Shown: positions 1 to 14,698 of the stretch, piece after piece
Layout of the letters: each line of letters opens with the position of its first letter
Numbering within the stretch: position 1 is the first letter of the stretch
NCBI GenBank assembly: GCA_964016885.1
Contig: OZ024740.1
Span: 5,208,001-5,272,000, forward strand
Reading direction: 5' to 3'
DNA length: 64,000 bases
Source: Eledone cirrhosa
Taxonomy: Eukaryota
Position numbers and translations under genes: made by a program
Notes under the pieces: model-generated
Database searches by the model: none
What the model was told of the DNA's origin: nothing
Seen by the model: the letters and a program-made list of their open reading frames with translations, nothing else

Positions 1-2489
1 CTCATACATTACATAATACAGTAACATCATACATTACATAATACAGTAACATCATACATTACATAGTACAGTAACATCATACACTACATAGTACAGTAAC
101 ATCATACATTACATAATACAGTAATCTCATACATTACATAATACAGTAATCTCATACATTACATAATACAGTAACATCATAAATTACATAATACAGTAAT
201 CTCATACATTACATAATACAGTAACATCATACATTACATAATACATTAACATCATACATTACATAATACAGTAACATCATACATTACATAGTACAGTAAC
301 ATCATACACTACATAGTACAGTAACATCATACATTACATAATACAGTAACATCATACATTACATAATACAGTAACATCATACATTACATAGTACAGTAAC
401 ATCATACCCTACATAATACAGTAACATCATACATTACATAATACAGTAACATCATACATTACATAGTACAGTAACATCATACATTACATAGTACAGTAAC
501 ATCATACATTACATAGTACAGTAACATCATACATTACATAGTACAGTAACATCATACATTACATAGTACAGTAACATCATACATTACAAAGTACAGTAAC
601 ATCACACATTACATAATACAGTAACACCATACATTACATAATAGAGTAACATCATACATTACATAATACAGTAACATCATACATTACATAATACAGTAAG
701 CTCATACATTACATAATACAGTAATCTCATACATTACATAATACAGTAACATCATACATTACATAGTACAGTAACATCATACATTACATAGTACAGTAAC
801 ATCATACACTACATAATACAGTAACATCATACATTACATAATACAGTAAGCTCATACATTACATAATACAGTAATCTCATACATTACATAATACAGTAAC
901 ATCATACATTACATAATACAGATACAGTAATCTCATACATTACATAATACAGTAACATCATACATTACATAATACAGTAACATCATACATTACATAGTAC
1001 AGTAACATCATACACTACATAGTACAGTAACATCATACATTACAGAATACAGTAAGCTCATACATTACATAATACAGTAAGCTCATACATTACATAATAC
1101 AGTAATCTCATACATTACATAATACAGTAACATCATACATTACATAATACAGTAACATCATACATTACATAGTACAGTAATATCATACATTACATAGTAC
1201 AGTAATATCATACATTACATAGTACAGTAACATCATACACTACATAATACAGTAATCTCATACATTACATAATAGAGTAACATCATACATTACATAATAC
1301 AGTAACATCATACATTACATAATAGAGTAATATCATACATTACATAATACGGTAACATCATACATTACATAATAGAGTAACATCATACATTACATAATAG
1401 AGTAATATCATACATTACATAATACGGTAACATCATACATTACAAAATACAGTAACATCATACATTACATAATAGAGTAATATCATACATTACATAATAC
1501 GGTAACATCATACATTACATAATACAGTAACATCATACATTACATAATACAGTAATCTCATACATTACATAATAGAGTAACATCATACATTACATAATAC
1601 AGTAACATCATACATTACATAATAGAGTAATATCATACATTACATAATACAGTAACATCATACATTACATAATAGAGTAACATCATACATTACATAATAC
1701 AGTAATCTCATACATTACAGAATACAGTAAGCTCATACATTACATAATACAGTAAGCTCATACATTACATAATACAGTAATCTCATACATTACATAGTAC
1801 AGTAACATCATACATTACATAATAGAGTAATATCATACATTACATAATACAGTAACATCATACATTACATAGTACAGTAATCTCATACATTACATAGTAC
1901 AGTAACATCATACATTACATAATAGAGTAATATCATACATTACATAATACAGTAACATCGTACATTACATAGTACAGTAATCTCATACATTACACAATAC
2001 AGTAACATCATACATTACATAGTACAGTAATCTCATACATTACATAGTACAGTAACATCATACATTACATAGTACAGTAATATCATACATTACATAATAC
2101 AGTAACATCATACATTACATACAGTACATAACTATCATACATTACATAGTACAGTAACATCACACATTACATATACAGTATCATAATACAGTATCATCAT
2201 ACATTACATAATACAGTAATCTCTAATACATTACATAATATATAGCTATGTCATACATTACATAATAAAGTAACATCATACATTACATAGTACAGTAACA
2301 TCATACATTACATAATAGAGTAATCTCATACATTACATAATACAGTAATCTCATACATTACATAATATAGTAACATCATACATTACATAGTACAGTAACA
2401 TCATACATTGCATAGTACAGTAATCTCATACATTACATAATACAGTAACATCATACATTACATAGTACAGCAATATCATACGTTACATA
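1..2489. repeat. Minisatellite, 25-bp unit (ACATTACATAATACAGTAACATCAT), ~100 copies, runs off the left edge
   Basis: Direct 25-bp periodicity with recurring variants (AGTACAG, AATCTC, AAGCTC, ATAGAG). Confidence 0.97.
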
Positions 2490-5400
2490 ATACACTACAT
2501 ACCACACTACATATCACACTATATATCACACTACATACCACACTACATATCACACTACATACCACACTACATACCACACTACATACCACACTACATATCA
2601 CACTACATATCACACTACATATCACACTACATATCACACTACATATCACACTACATATCACACTACATACCACACTACACATCACACTACATATCACACT
2701 ACATACCACACTACATATCACATTACATATCACACTACATATCACATTACATATCACACTACATATCACAATACATATCACACTACATATCACACTACAT
2801 ATCACACTACATATCACACTACATATCACACTACATATCACACTACATATCACACTACATACCACACTACATATCACACTACATATCACATTACATATCA
2901 CACTACATATCACAATACATATCACACTACATATCACACTACATATCACACTACATATCACATTACATACCACACTACATATCACACTATATATCACACT
3001 ACATATCACACTATATATCACACTACATACCACACTACATATCACACTACATATCACACTACATATCACACTACATATCACACTACACATCACACTACAT
3101 ATCACACTACATATCACACTACATATCACACTACACATCACACTACATATCACACTACATACCACACTACATATCACACTACATATCACACTACATACCA
3201 CACATCACATTACATATCACACTACATACCACACTACACATCACATTACATATCACACTACATATCACATCACACTACATACCACACTACACATCACATT
3301 ACATATCACACTACATATCACACTACATATCACACTACATACCACACTACATATCACACTACATATCACACTACATATCACACTACATACCACACTACAT
3401 ATCACACTACATATCACATTACATATCACACTACATATCACATTACATATCACACTACATATCACAATACATACCACACTACACATCACACTACATATCA
3501 CACTACATATCACACTACATATCACACTACATATCACACTACATATCACACAACATATCACACTACATATCACACTACACATCACACTACATATCACACT
3601 ACATATCACACTACACATCACACTACATATCACACTACATATCACACTACATATCACACTACATATCACACTACACATCACACTACATATCACACTACAT
3701 ACCACACTACATACCACACTACATACCACACTACATATCACACTACATACCACACTACATACCACACTACATATCACACTACATATCACATTACATATCA
3801 CACTACATATCACACTACATATCACACTAAATATCACAATACATACCACACTACACATCACACTACATACCACACTACATATCACACTGCATATCACACT
3901 AAATACCACACTACATACCACACTACATATCACACTACATATCACACTACATATCACACTACATACCACACTACATATCACACTAAATATCACACTACAT
4001 ATCACACTACATACCACACTACATACCACACTACATATCACACTACATATCACACTACATACCACACTACATATCACACTACATATCACACTACATATCA
4101 CACTACATACCACACTACATACCACACTACATATCACACTACATATCACACTACATACCACACTACATGTCACACTACATATCACACTACATATCACACT
4201 ACATATCACACTACATATCACACTACATATCATACTAAATATCACACTACATACCACACTACATATCACACTACATATCACACTACATATCACACAACAT
4301 ACCACACTACATACCACACTACATACCACACTACATATCACACTACATATCATACTACATATCACACTACATACCACACTAAATATCACACTACATATCA
4401 CACTACATACCACACTACATATCACACTACATATCACACTACATATCACACTACATATCACACTACATATCACACTACATACCACACTACATATCACACT
4501 ACATATCACACTACATATCACACTACATACCACACTACATACCACACTACATATCACACTACATATCACACTACATACCACACTACATGTCACACTACAT
4601 ATCACACTACATATCACACTACATATCACACTACATATCACACTACATATCATACTAAATATCACACTACATACCACACTACATATCACACTACATATCA
4701 CACTACATATCACACAACATACCACACTACATACCACACTACATACCACACTACATATCACACTACATATCATACTACATATCACACTACATACCACACT
4801 AAATATCACACTACATATCACACTACATACCACACTACATATCACACTACATATCACACTACATATCACACAACATACCACACTACATACCACACTACAT
4901 ACCACACTACATATCACACTACATATCATACTACATATCACACTACATACCACACTAAATATCACACTACATATCACACTACATACCACACTACATATCA
5001 CACTACATACCACACTACATATCACACTACATACCACGCTACATATCACACTACATATCACACTACATACCACACTACATATAACACTACATACCACACT
5101 ACATACCACACTACATATCACACTACATATCACACTACATATCACACTACATACCACACTACATATCACACTACATATCACACTACATACCACACTACAT
5201 ATCACACTACATATCACACTACATATCACATTACATATCACACTACATATCACACTACATATCACACTACATACCACACTACATACCACACTACATACCA
5301 CACTACATATCACACTACATATCACACTACATATCACACTACATATCATACTACATATCACACTGCATATCACACTAAATACCACACTACATATCACACT

Positions 5401-7650
5401 ACATATCACACTACATATCACACTACATATCACACTACATATCACACTACATATCACACTACATATCACACTACATATCACACTACATATCACAATACAT
5501 ATCACACTACATACCACACTACATATCACACTACATATCACACTACATACCACACTACATATCACACTACATATCACACTACATATCACACTACATATCA
5601 TACTACATATCACACTACATATCACACTACATACCACACTACACATCACACTACATATCACACTACATATCACACTACATATCACACTACATATCACACT
5701 ACATATCACACTACATATCACACTACATATCACACTACATACCACACTACATATCACACTACATATCACACTACATACCACACTACATACCACACTACAT
5801 ATCACACTACATATCACACTACATACCACACTACATACCACACTACATATCACACTACATATCACACTACATACCACACTACATACCACAATACATATCA
5901 CAATACATACCACACTACATATCACACTACATATCACACTACATACCACACTACATACCACACTACATATCACACTACATATCACACTACATATCACACT
6001 ACATACCACACTACATATCACACTACATATCACACTACATATCACACTACATACCAAACTACATACCACACTACATATCACACTACATATCACACTACAT
6101 ATCAATACATATCACACTACATATCATACTACATATCACACTACATACCACACTACATATCACACTACATATCACACTACATATCACACTACATACCACA
6201 CTACATATCACACTACATACCACACTACATACCACACTACATATCACACTACATATCACACTACATACCACACTACATACCACACTACATATCACACTAC
6301 ATATCACACTACATATCACACTACATATCACACTACATATCACACAACATACCACACTACATATCACACTACATATCACGCTACATACCACGCTACATAT
6401 CACACTACATATCACACTACATATCACACTACATACCACACTACATATCACACTACATACCACACTACATATCATACTACATATCACACTACATATCACA
6501 CTACATATCACACTACATATCACACTACATATCACACAACATACCACACTACATATCACACTACATATCACGCCACATACCACGCTACATATCACACTAC
6601 ATATCACACTACATATCACACTACATACCACACTACATATCACACTACATACCACACTACATATCATACTACATATCACACTACATACCACACTACATAT
6701 CACACTACATATCACACTACATATCACACTACATACCACACTACATATCACACTACATATCACACTACATATCACACTACATACCACACTACATACCACA
6801 CTACATATCACACTACATATCACACTACATATCACACTACATACCACACTACATACCACACTACATATCACACTACATATCACACTACATACCACACTAC
6901 ATGTCACACTACATATCACACTACATATCACACTACATATCACACTACATATCACACTACATATCATACTAAATATCACACTACATACCACACTACATAT
7001 CACACTACATATCACACTACATATCACACAACATACCACACTACATACCACACTACATACCACACTACATATCACACTACATATCATACTACATATCACA
7101 CTACATACCACACTAAATATCACACTACATATCACACTACATACCACACTACATATCACACTACATATCACACTACATATCACACAACATACCACACTAC
7201 ATACCACACTACATACCACACTACATATCACACTACATATCATACTACATATCACACTACATACCACACTAAATATCACACTACATATCACACTACATAC
7301 CACACTACATATCACACTACATACCACACTACATATCACACTACATACCACGCTACATATCACACTACATATCACACTACATACCACACTACATATAACA
7401 CTACATACCACACTACATACCACACTACATATCACACTACATATCACACTACATATCACACTACATATCAATACATATCACACTACATATCATACTACAT
7501 ATCACACTACATACCACACTACATATCACACTACATATCACACTACATATCACACTACATACCACACTACATATCACACTACATACCACACTACATATCA
7601 TACTACATATCACACTACATACCACACTACATATCACACTACATATCACA
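2490..7650. repeat. Minisatellite, 12-bp unit (CACTACATATCA / CACTACATACCA), ~430 copies
   Basis: 12-bp periodicity. It produces the spurious (CSVI)n ORFs on the minus strand. Confidence 0.97.
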
Positions 7651-7760
7651 TCTACCCCTATTCCAATAGCACCACACATTACATGTTATTTTGACACCAC
7701 ACATGATATTATACAATAACCATATATATTATATAATACACCTCACACCTCACATATTGC

Positions 7761-9528
7761 ACTGACCTCACACATTACACAGTAAACTGACCTCACACAT
7801 TACACAATAAACTGACCTCACACATTACACAGTAAACTGACCTCACACATTACACAATAAACTGACCTTACACATTACACTGACCTCACACATTACACAT
7901 TACACTGACCTCACACATTACACATTACACTGACCTCACACATTACACATTACACTGACCTCACACATTACACAGTAAACTGACCTCACACATTACACAT
8001 TACACTGACCTCACACATTACACAGTAAACTGATCTCACACATTACACATTACACTGACCTCACACATTACACATTACACTGACCTCACACATTACACAT
8101 TACACTGACCTCACACATTACACAGTAAACTCACCTCACACATTACACAGTAAACTCACCTCACACATTACACATTACACTGACCTCACACATTACACAG
8201 TAAACTGACCTCACACATTACACAGTAAACTGACCTCACACATTACACAGTAAACTGACCTCACACATTACACAGTAAACTGACCTCACACATTACACAT
8301 TACACTGACCTCACACATTACACATTACACTGACCTCACACATTACACAGTAAACTCACCTCACACATTACACATTACACTGACCTCACACATTACACAT
8401 TACACTGACCTCACACATTACACAGTAAACTGACCTCACACATTACACAATAAACTGACCTCACACATTACACAGTAAATTGACCTCACACATTACACAT
8501 TACACTGACCTCACACATTACACATTACACTGAGCTCACACATTACACAGAAAACTGACCTCACACATTACACATTACACTGACCTCACACATTACACAT
8601 TACACTGACCTCACACATTACACATTACACTGACCTCACACATTACACAGTAAACTGACCTCACACCTTACACATTACACTGATCTCACACATTACACAG
8701 TAAACTGACCTCACACCTTACACATTACACTGACCTCACACATTACACAGTAAACTGACCTCACACCTTACACATTACACTGACCTCACACATTACACAT
8801 TACACTGACCTCACACATTACACATTACACTGACCTCACACATTACACATTACACTGACCTCACACATTACACATTACACTGACCTCACACATTACACTG
8901 TAAACTGACCTCACACATTACACATTACACTGACCTCACACATTACACATTACACTGACCTCACACACTACACAGTAAACTCACCTCACACATTACACAT
9001 TACACTGACCTCACACATTACACATTACACTGACCTCACACATTACACAGTAAACTGACCTCACACATTACACAGTAAACTGACCTCACACATTACACAT
9101 TACACTGACCTCACACATTACACATTACACTGACCTCACACATTACACATTACACTGACCTCACACATTACACAGTAAACTGACCTCACACCTTACACAT
9201 TACACTGACCTCACACATTACACAGTAAACTGACCTCACACCTTACACATTACACTGACCTCACACATTACACATTACACTGACCTCACACATTACACAT
9301 TACACTGACCTCACACATTACACATTACACTGACCTCACACATTACACATTACACTGACCTCACACATTACACAGTAAACTGACCTCACACATTACACAT
9401 TACACTGACCTCACACATTACACATTACACTGACCTCACACATTACACAGTAAACTCACCTCACACATTACACATTACACTGACCTCACACATTACACAT
9501 TACACTGACCTCACACATTACACATTAC
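7761..9528. repeat. Minisatellite, 25-bp unit with two interspersed variants (ACTGACCTCACACATTACAC+AGTAA or +ATTAC)
   Basis: Direct periodicity, ~70 copies. Confidence 0.96.
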
Positions 9529-9886
9529 ATGGTGGTGTTGGTGATGATGATTGTAGGGGTGGTGGTGGTGGTGGTAGCTCGGGTCATGGTGGAGGTAGCT
9601 CGGGTCATGGTGGAGGTAGTGAATGAGGTGGTAGTGGTGGTAGTAGAGGTGGTGATGGTAGTGGAGGTAGTAGTAGAGGTGGTAATGGTGATGATAGAGG
9701 TGGTGGTGGAGGTCGTGGTAGTTGGGGTCGTGGGCTGTTAATGGTGGTTAGTGATGGTAGCATGACGATGATGATGCTACTGATACTGCTGCTGATGATG
9801 ATGATGCTAATGATGATGATAATGATGATGATAATATGATATGAGGATATGAAGATGATGACGTTTATCACGATGGCGATGATGAT
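9529..9886. repeat. Degenerate (GGT)n/(GAT)n trinucleotide low-complexity tract
   Basis: Runs of GGT/GTA/GAT triplets. Confidence 0.9.
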
Positions 9887-9920
9887 TAATTGTCATATAT
9901 ATATATATATATATATATAC

Positions 9921-9974
<54 letters not shown>

Positions 9975-9979
<5 letters not shown>

Positions 9980-10166
9980 AACAAGTAAGACCCCGACGGC
10001 TGAGCTCAAGCCGTTTCGACGGCTAATTCTGTCCAGAATTATCCGTCGAAACGGCTTGAGCTCAGCCGTCGGGGTCTTACTTGTTCCTATTACCCACTCT
10101 ACTACCCTAAGTATTGAGTACTTTGGTGCGTTATGGTCTACCTGGTTACTTACCACATTTCCTTCG

Positions 10167-10168
<2 letters not shown>
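9975..10168 (+). mobile_element. Short palindromic element in (TA)n, probable Penelope-like pLTR remnant (57-bp-arm palindrome + 78-bp tail)
   Basis: Arms 9975-10031 and 10034-10090 are reverse complements with 1 mismatch. The right arm reads GAAA-CGGCT..AGCCG-TC (hammerhead stem III and GUC). A near-identical copy lies inverted at 19188-19379. Flanked by (TA)n. The PLE assignment is inference. Confidence 0.6.
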
Positions 10169-10218
<50 letters not shown>

Positions 10219-10221
10219 CAA

Positions 10222-10255
<34 letters not shown>

Positions 10256-10258
<3 letters not shown>

Positions 10259-11886
10259 TTAGCTTTTGTCGACTTGGAGAAAGGCTTCGACAGAGTCCCC
10301 CGTTCCATTATCTGGTGGGCTCTTAGAAAACTAGGTGTTGACGAATGGCTTGTGAGAGCTATACAAGCCATGTATAAAGAAACAGTCAGCAAGGTTAGAA
10401 TTAACACCGAATATAGTGAAGAGTTTAGCGTAAAAGTTGGTGATCATCAGGGCTCTGTTCTTAGCCCCCTACTATTTATTATTGCCCTTCAGGCTATAAC
10501 AGTGGAGTTCAAGACCGGCTGCCCATGGGAACTCCTATACGCAGATGATCTAACGCTCATAGCTGAATCAATGGCCGAGCTAGAGAAGAAATTCCAAACA
10601 TGGAAGCACGGCCTAGAATCAAAAGGCCTTAAAATTAACCTGGCTAAGACTAAAGTTCTAGTTTGTAGGAAAGAAAATAAGGCGCCGGTCCTTTCCGGGA
10701 AATGGCCATGCTCAGTGTGTAGGAAAGGCGTAGGTAGAAACTCCATTTTATGTCCCAAATGCAAAGTATGGGTGCATAAAAGATGTAGTGGGATCACAGT
10801 TAAGTTAAGAACATAGATTTTACATGTGGCCGGGGCTATGGTGCAATAAGTAGCAGCAAGTGCCCACAAAATACTAGCTCTTTCAATTGCGCAGAGGGTT
10901 CTATAGAAATAGTGAACAGCTTCCGTTATCTGGTTGACAAAATCAGCAGTGGGGGAGGGTGCTCTGAAAGTACAGTAGCTAGAATCAGAACTGGATGGAA
11001 AAAGTTCAGAGAGCTTATACCACTATTGGCCGCTAAAGGGTTCTCCCTAAAAATGAAAGGCAGGTTGTATGATGCCTGCATACGAACAGCAATGTTGCAT
11101 GGCAGTGAGACCTGGGCATTGTGTGCAGAGGATATACGCAGACTAGAGAGGAACGAAGCTTGCATGCTCCGCTGGATGTGTAATAGTAATATACGTGAAC
11201 AGCAAAGCATAAACGAACTAAGGAAAAAATTAGAAATAAGAGGGATCAGATGTTGTTTATGCGAGAGAAGGCTACGTTGGTATGGTCACGTGATGCGCAT
11301 GAAAGACGACAGCTGTATAACAAAGTGCAGGGCAATAAAGATAGACGGTAGCCACGGAGTAGGCAGACCCAGAAAAACCTGGGACGACCTGATAAATTCC
11401 GACCTCACACACTTACACCTCTCCAAGACAATGTCACTGGACCGAGATCTTTAGCGGTACTCAGTAATAGAGAAGACCCGCCTTACCTAAATACAAAGTA
11501 AAACCTACTACAGTCAGTAGGCATCTCTAACAAAATACACCCCCATCCCACCACCCCTACCCCATCCACACCGCCCCTTTCAATGTAAAGTTATGTTGGT
11601 GCCACAACATCCAGGCCGAAACAAATGAGATCGTGTAGGTATCACGACAAAAAAACACACAGTCCACGCTGTAATGTGGCCGTGTAGGTAACACGGTAAA
11701 AACCTCCCAGCCCCACACTGTAAATGTGGTTGGTGTTAGGAAGGGCATCCAGCTGTAGAAAACCCGCCAGACAGTCCTATGCGAGCAAGACAACCACTCT
11801 TGCCTCAAGTGGGAAAACTCCCGTCCAAACCCATGCACGCGTGGAACATGGACGTTAAACGGTGATGATGATGATGATGATGATGA
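10256..11886 (+). mobile_element. RTE-clade LINE family A, 5'-truncated and frameshifted (RT C-terminal half + ~370-bp 3' UTR + (GAT)n tail)
   Basis: ORFs 10274-10816 and 10912-11454 carry DLEKGFDRVPR, HQGSVLSPLLF, LLYADD, FRYL and RRLRWYGHVMR. Ends GGACGTTAAACGG(TGA)n. Confidence 0.92.
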
Positions 11887-11895
11887 TACATATAT

Positions 11896-12530
11896 CACTC
11901 AGCAAGACCTGTGTCAGCCGCTCTCCAGATATCTATTTAAGGCTGCACATGGCTATGGTGCGGCCACATTTAGAATTTGCATCATCAGTCTGGAACGCTA
12001 TCTTGCTCAGAACATTCACCACCTGGATCAGAGATGTGTAACCAAGCGAATACCCTCCATCAGGCATCTACCATACTCTGAACGCCTTGCTTCCCTGGGC
12101 ATGGATACATTGAAGCTCCGACGCCTGTCAACTGACTTGGTAAACACCCACAAAATTGTTAACCATCTTGCCAACAACAACCCTGAGCACTATTTTGATT
12201 TCCATGTGTCTAACACACGTGAACAAGCCCACAAAGTCAGAAAACAGCAGTTCCCATGACTTTCGGAAACATTTTTTCATGCTCAGAGTTGCTGAAGCAT
12301 GGAACAAACTGCCTGCATCAGTTTTTAGCTGTCGAGACACTGCATCCTTTAAGGCCTCCATGCTTCCCGAGATTCGCCAACATTACACTTAATGTTCCCC
12401 CTCCATACACATACACACATGTATATCATGACTCATACACTATTCACTTGTATATTATTCTATGTACTATACATGCACCTTTGACGAGTTGTAGTGCACC
12501 TGAGCACTTTACACAATAATTTCATTATTA
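11896..12530 (+). mobile_element. CR1-like LINE 3' fragment (same family as 55078-57045)
   Basis: Collinear with 56391-57045. Encodes RPHLEFA..W and FRKHFFMLRVAEAWNKLP, and ends in (ATT)n. Confidence 0.85.
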
Positions 12531-12539
12531 TATATATAC

Positions 12540-12572
<33 letters not shown>

Positions 12573-12632
12573 AAATATTAAAAAAATAATGAATAAAACA
12601 ATGAAACAGTTCCTTATATTAAACAAAAAAAG

Positions 12633-12786
12633 TTCATTATTTAACGATCGTTTCTAGGATATATATGTGTTAGAATTGGCATGCATATTCAACAGATCTA
12701 TGTACAAAATTATACAAAATTATACAAACTATCAAAATTAAATATACATACCAACACATATATATGCCGTCTTCAGAAATAATGAA
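12633..12786 (-). ncRNA. Type I hammerhead ribozyme (Penelope-like pLTR type) with extended stem II
   Basis: Minus strand reads UUCAUUAUUU-CUGAAGA-[stem II AUAUAUAUGUGUUGG..CUAACACAUAUAUAU]-GAAA-CGAUCG-UU-AAAUAAUGAA. Stem I is a perfect 10 bp, stem III is palindromic, and the cleavage triplet is GUU (cut between 12643 and 12642). Confidence 0.75.
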
Positions 12787-13442
12787 ATATATTTATTGAT
12801 AATAACAACAATTCAAAATTACAGGTCTGTTTGGGAACAGAGTTCAAATTGACCAATGAAAACACAAAAAGTTTATACAGTTAGGTGTGTGTATATATAT
12901 GTAAGTAACTTCGTTCACAGATATGCATAAAAATATATATGTGTTCACATGCATACGCATGCCGAAAAGATGTATGTAAATACAAAAATTCAAGGCTAAT
13001 GTCTCTGTATGTTTATAATCTACAGATAAAATACGTATACGCATATAAATATAAAAATAAATATATACACACATTCATATACTCACACATATACGTACAT
13101 TCACACACACACGCGCGTATACGCATAAAACATACACACAACCACGAACATACATTCACACACACACCCCCACACACATATATGTGTATATACTATTATC
13201 ATAAGCATATGGACATTAATGCGCGCACATAAACACTGCCACACATATTTAGATCCAGATACAGAAAGTAGGTGTGGGGGGGGGGGGGAAGGTCAGTATT
13301 TAGCGGTGTCAGCAAGCTGCCTATTTATAAATGTATCTATAAATTTAGAAATAAAAAGAAAAAGAAAAAAGAAATATATTAAGAAAATATACATATATAT
13401 ATATACATACACACACATATATACACACATATATATATATAT

Positions 13443-14050
13443 ATGGTGGCTGCCAACTCGTTTTCGAGTACGGCCACTGCTTTATATCCATGTAGGAGAA
13501 CCCCTACCGATGCAGTGAACGAATGTGACTTTTTAGTCCAGCCAGCGACTTGAAAACTCTGGTACAAAGACTACACTTGTGACCATTATTGACACATAGT
13601 GCATCATATTGACCATGTGATGACAAGTGCAGAGAGATCTCCAGATATAAAGCAATGCCTGTGCTGTGAAGCTTTTATAGTGAGCAAAGGCACTGCACAA
13701 AGCCAGTCCCACTCTCTTAACCAAGATGATATTTACCAAAAAGAAGAACAAGTCAACATCATTGGATACCATCAGGGTTGCAGGTGTTATATCAGAGTTT
13801 TCCTTCTCCTAGAATTCTGCCTTGACAAAGGCTAAGGGGTCATCTCTCCCGGTGATTTTGGATGGCTATTGAGTCTTAAGAGCTCCCTTGCCCTTTGACA
13901 GGTTTTGTTTTTAGTCCTGCAGGATGTCCAAAGTCACCCTCCTCACCAAGAAACCTTGGTGGGGTTGCCAGTTTAGTCGTCAACGACCCGACCATGAGAC
14001 AGGTTGTACTGGGATACATGTTACCAGTAGCACCAACTGGTGACCTGACA
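13443..14050 (-). mobile_element. Internally deleted non-autonomous RTE derivative (5'-UTR-like segment + last C2H2 finger + 3' tail)
   Basis: Minus 13580-13505 encodes KCSLCTRVFKSLAGLKSHIRSLHR*, homologous to the last finger of ORF 50072-51439. The terminus 13443-13478 matches 49583-49620. Flanked by TA-rich repeats. Confidence 0.7.
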
Positions 14051-14358
14051 TAATATATATATATATACATATATACACACATATATAAACAAGTAAAATA
14101 TAAAATATACATCAATATACATACATATACATATATATATATATATACGTATATATACATACATATACATACACATATACATAAACACATACATACACAT
14201 ACATATACATACACACACCATATAAATACACATACACATACACACATGCATACATATAGAGACACATACATATACACATATAAATACATAGACATATACA
14301 CATATACACGCATATATATATAAACATACATACATACCTATATATATATCCATTCATA

Positions 14359-14425
<67 letters not shown>

Positions 14426-14484
14426 CACATATCTACATACATATAAAACACACTCATGCATATACACACATACACATACATACC

Positions 14485-14528
<44 letters not shown>

Positions 14529-14533
14529 CACAT

Positions 14534-14586
<53 letters not shown>

Positions 14587-14698
14587 TATACATATATATA
14601 TATACACACATACATACACTTACATACACATACACATATACAAAGATATATATACATACACACACACATATAATAAATATATATATATATATATATAT
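14051..14698. repeat. (TA)n/(CA)n/(CATA)n compound microsatellite
   Basis: Direct observation. Confidence 0.9.

Noticed and set aside
2476-7679. Long Cys-rich ORFs (CSVI)n up to 946 aa
   Set aside because: A 12-bp unit without a stop in one frame. No unique flanking coding sequence or splice context, and indels break the frame.
9529-9871. Val-rich / Pro-rich ORFs
   Set aside because: Translation of trinucleotide low-complexity sequence.
9849-10262. ORFs through the palindrome with similar peptides on both strands (also 19031-19530)
   Set aside because: A consequence of the DNA palindrome and flanking (TA)n, not coding.
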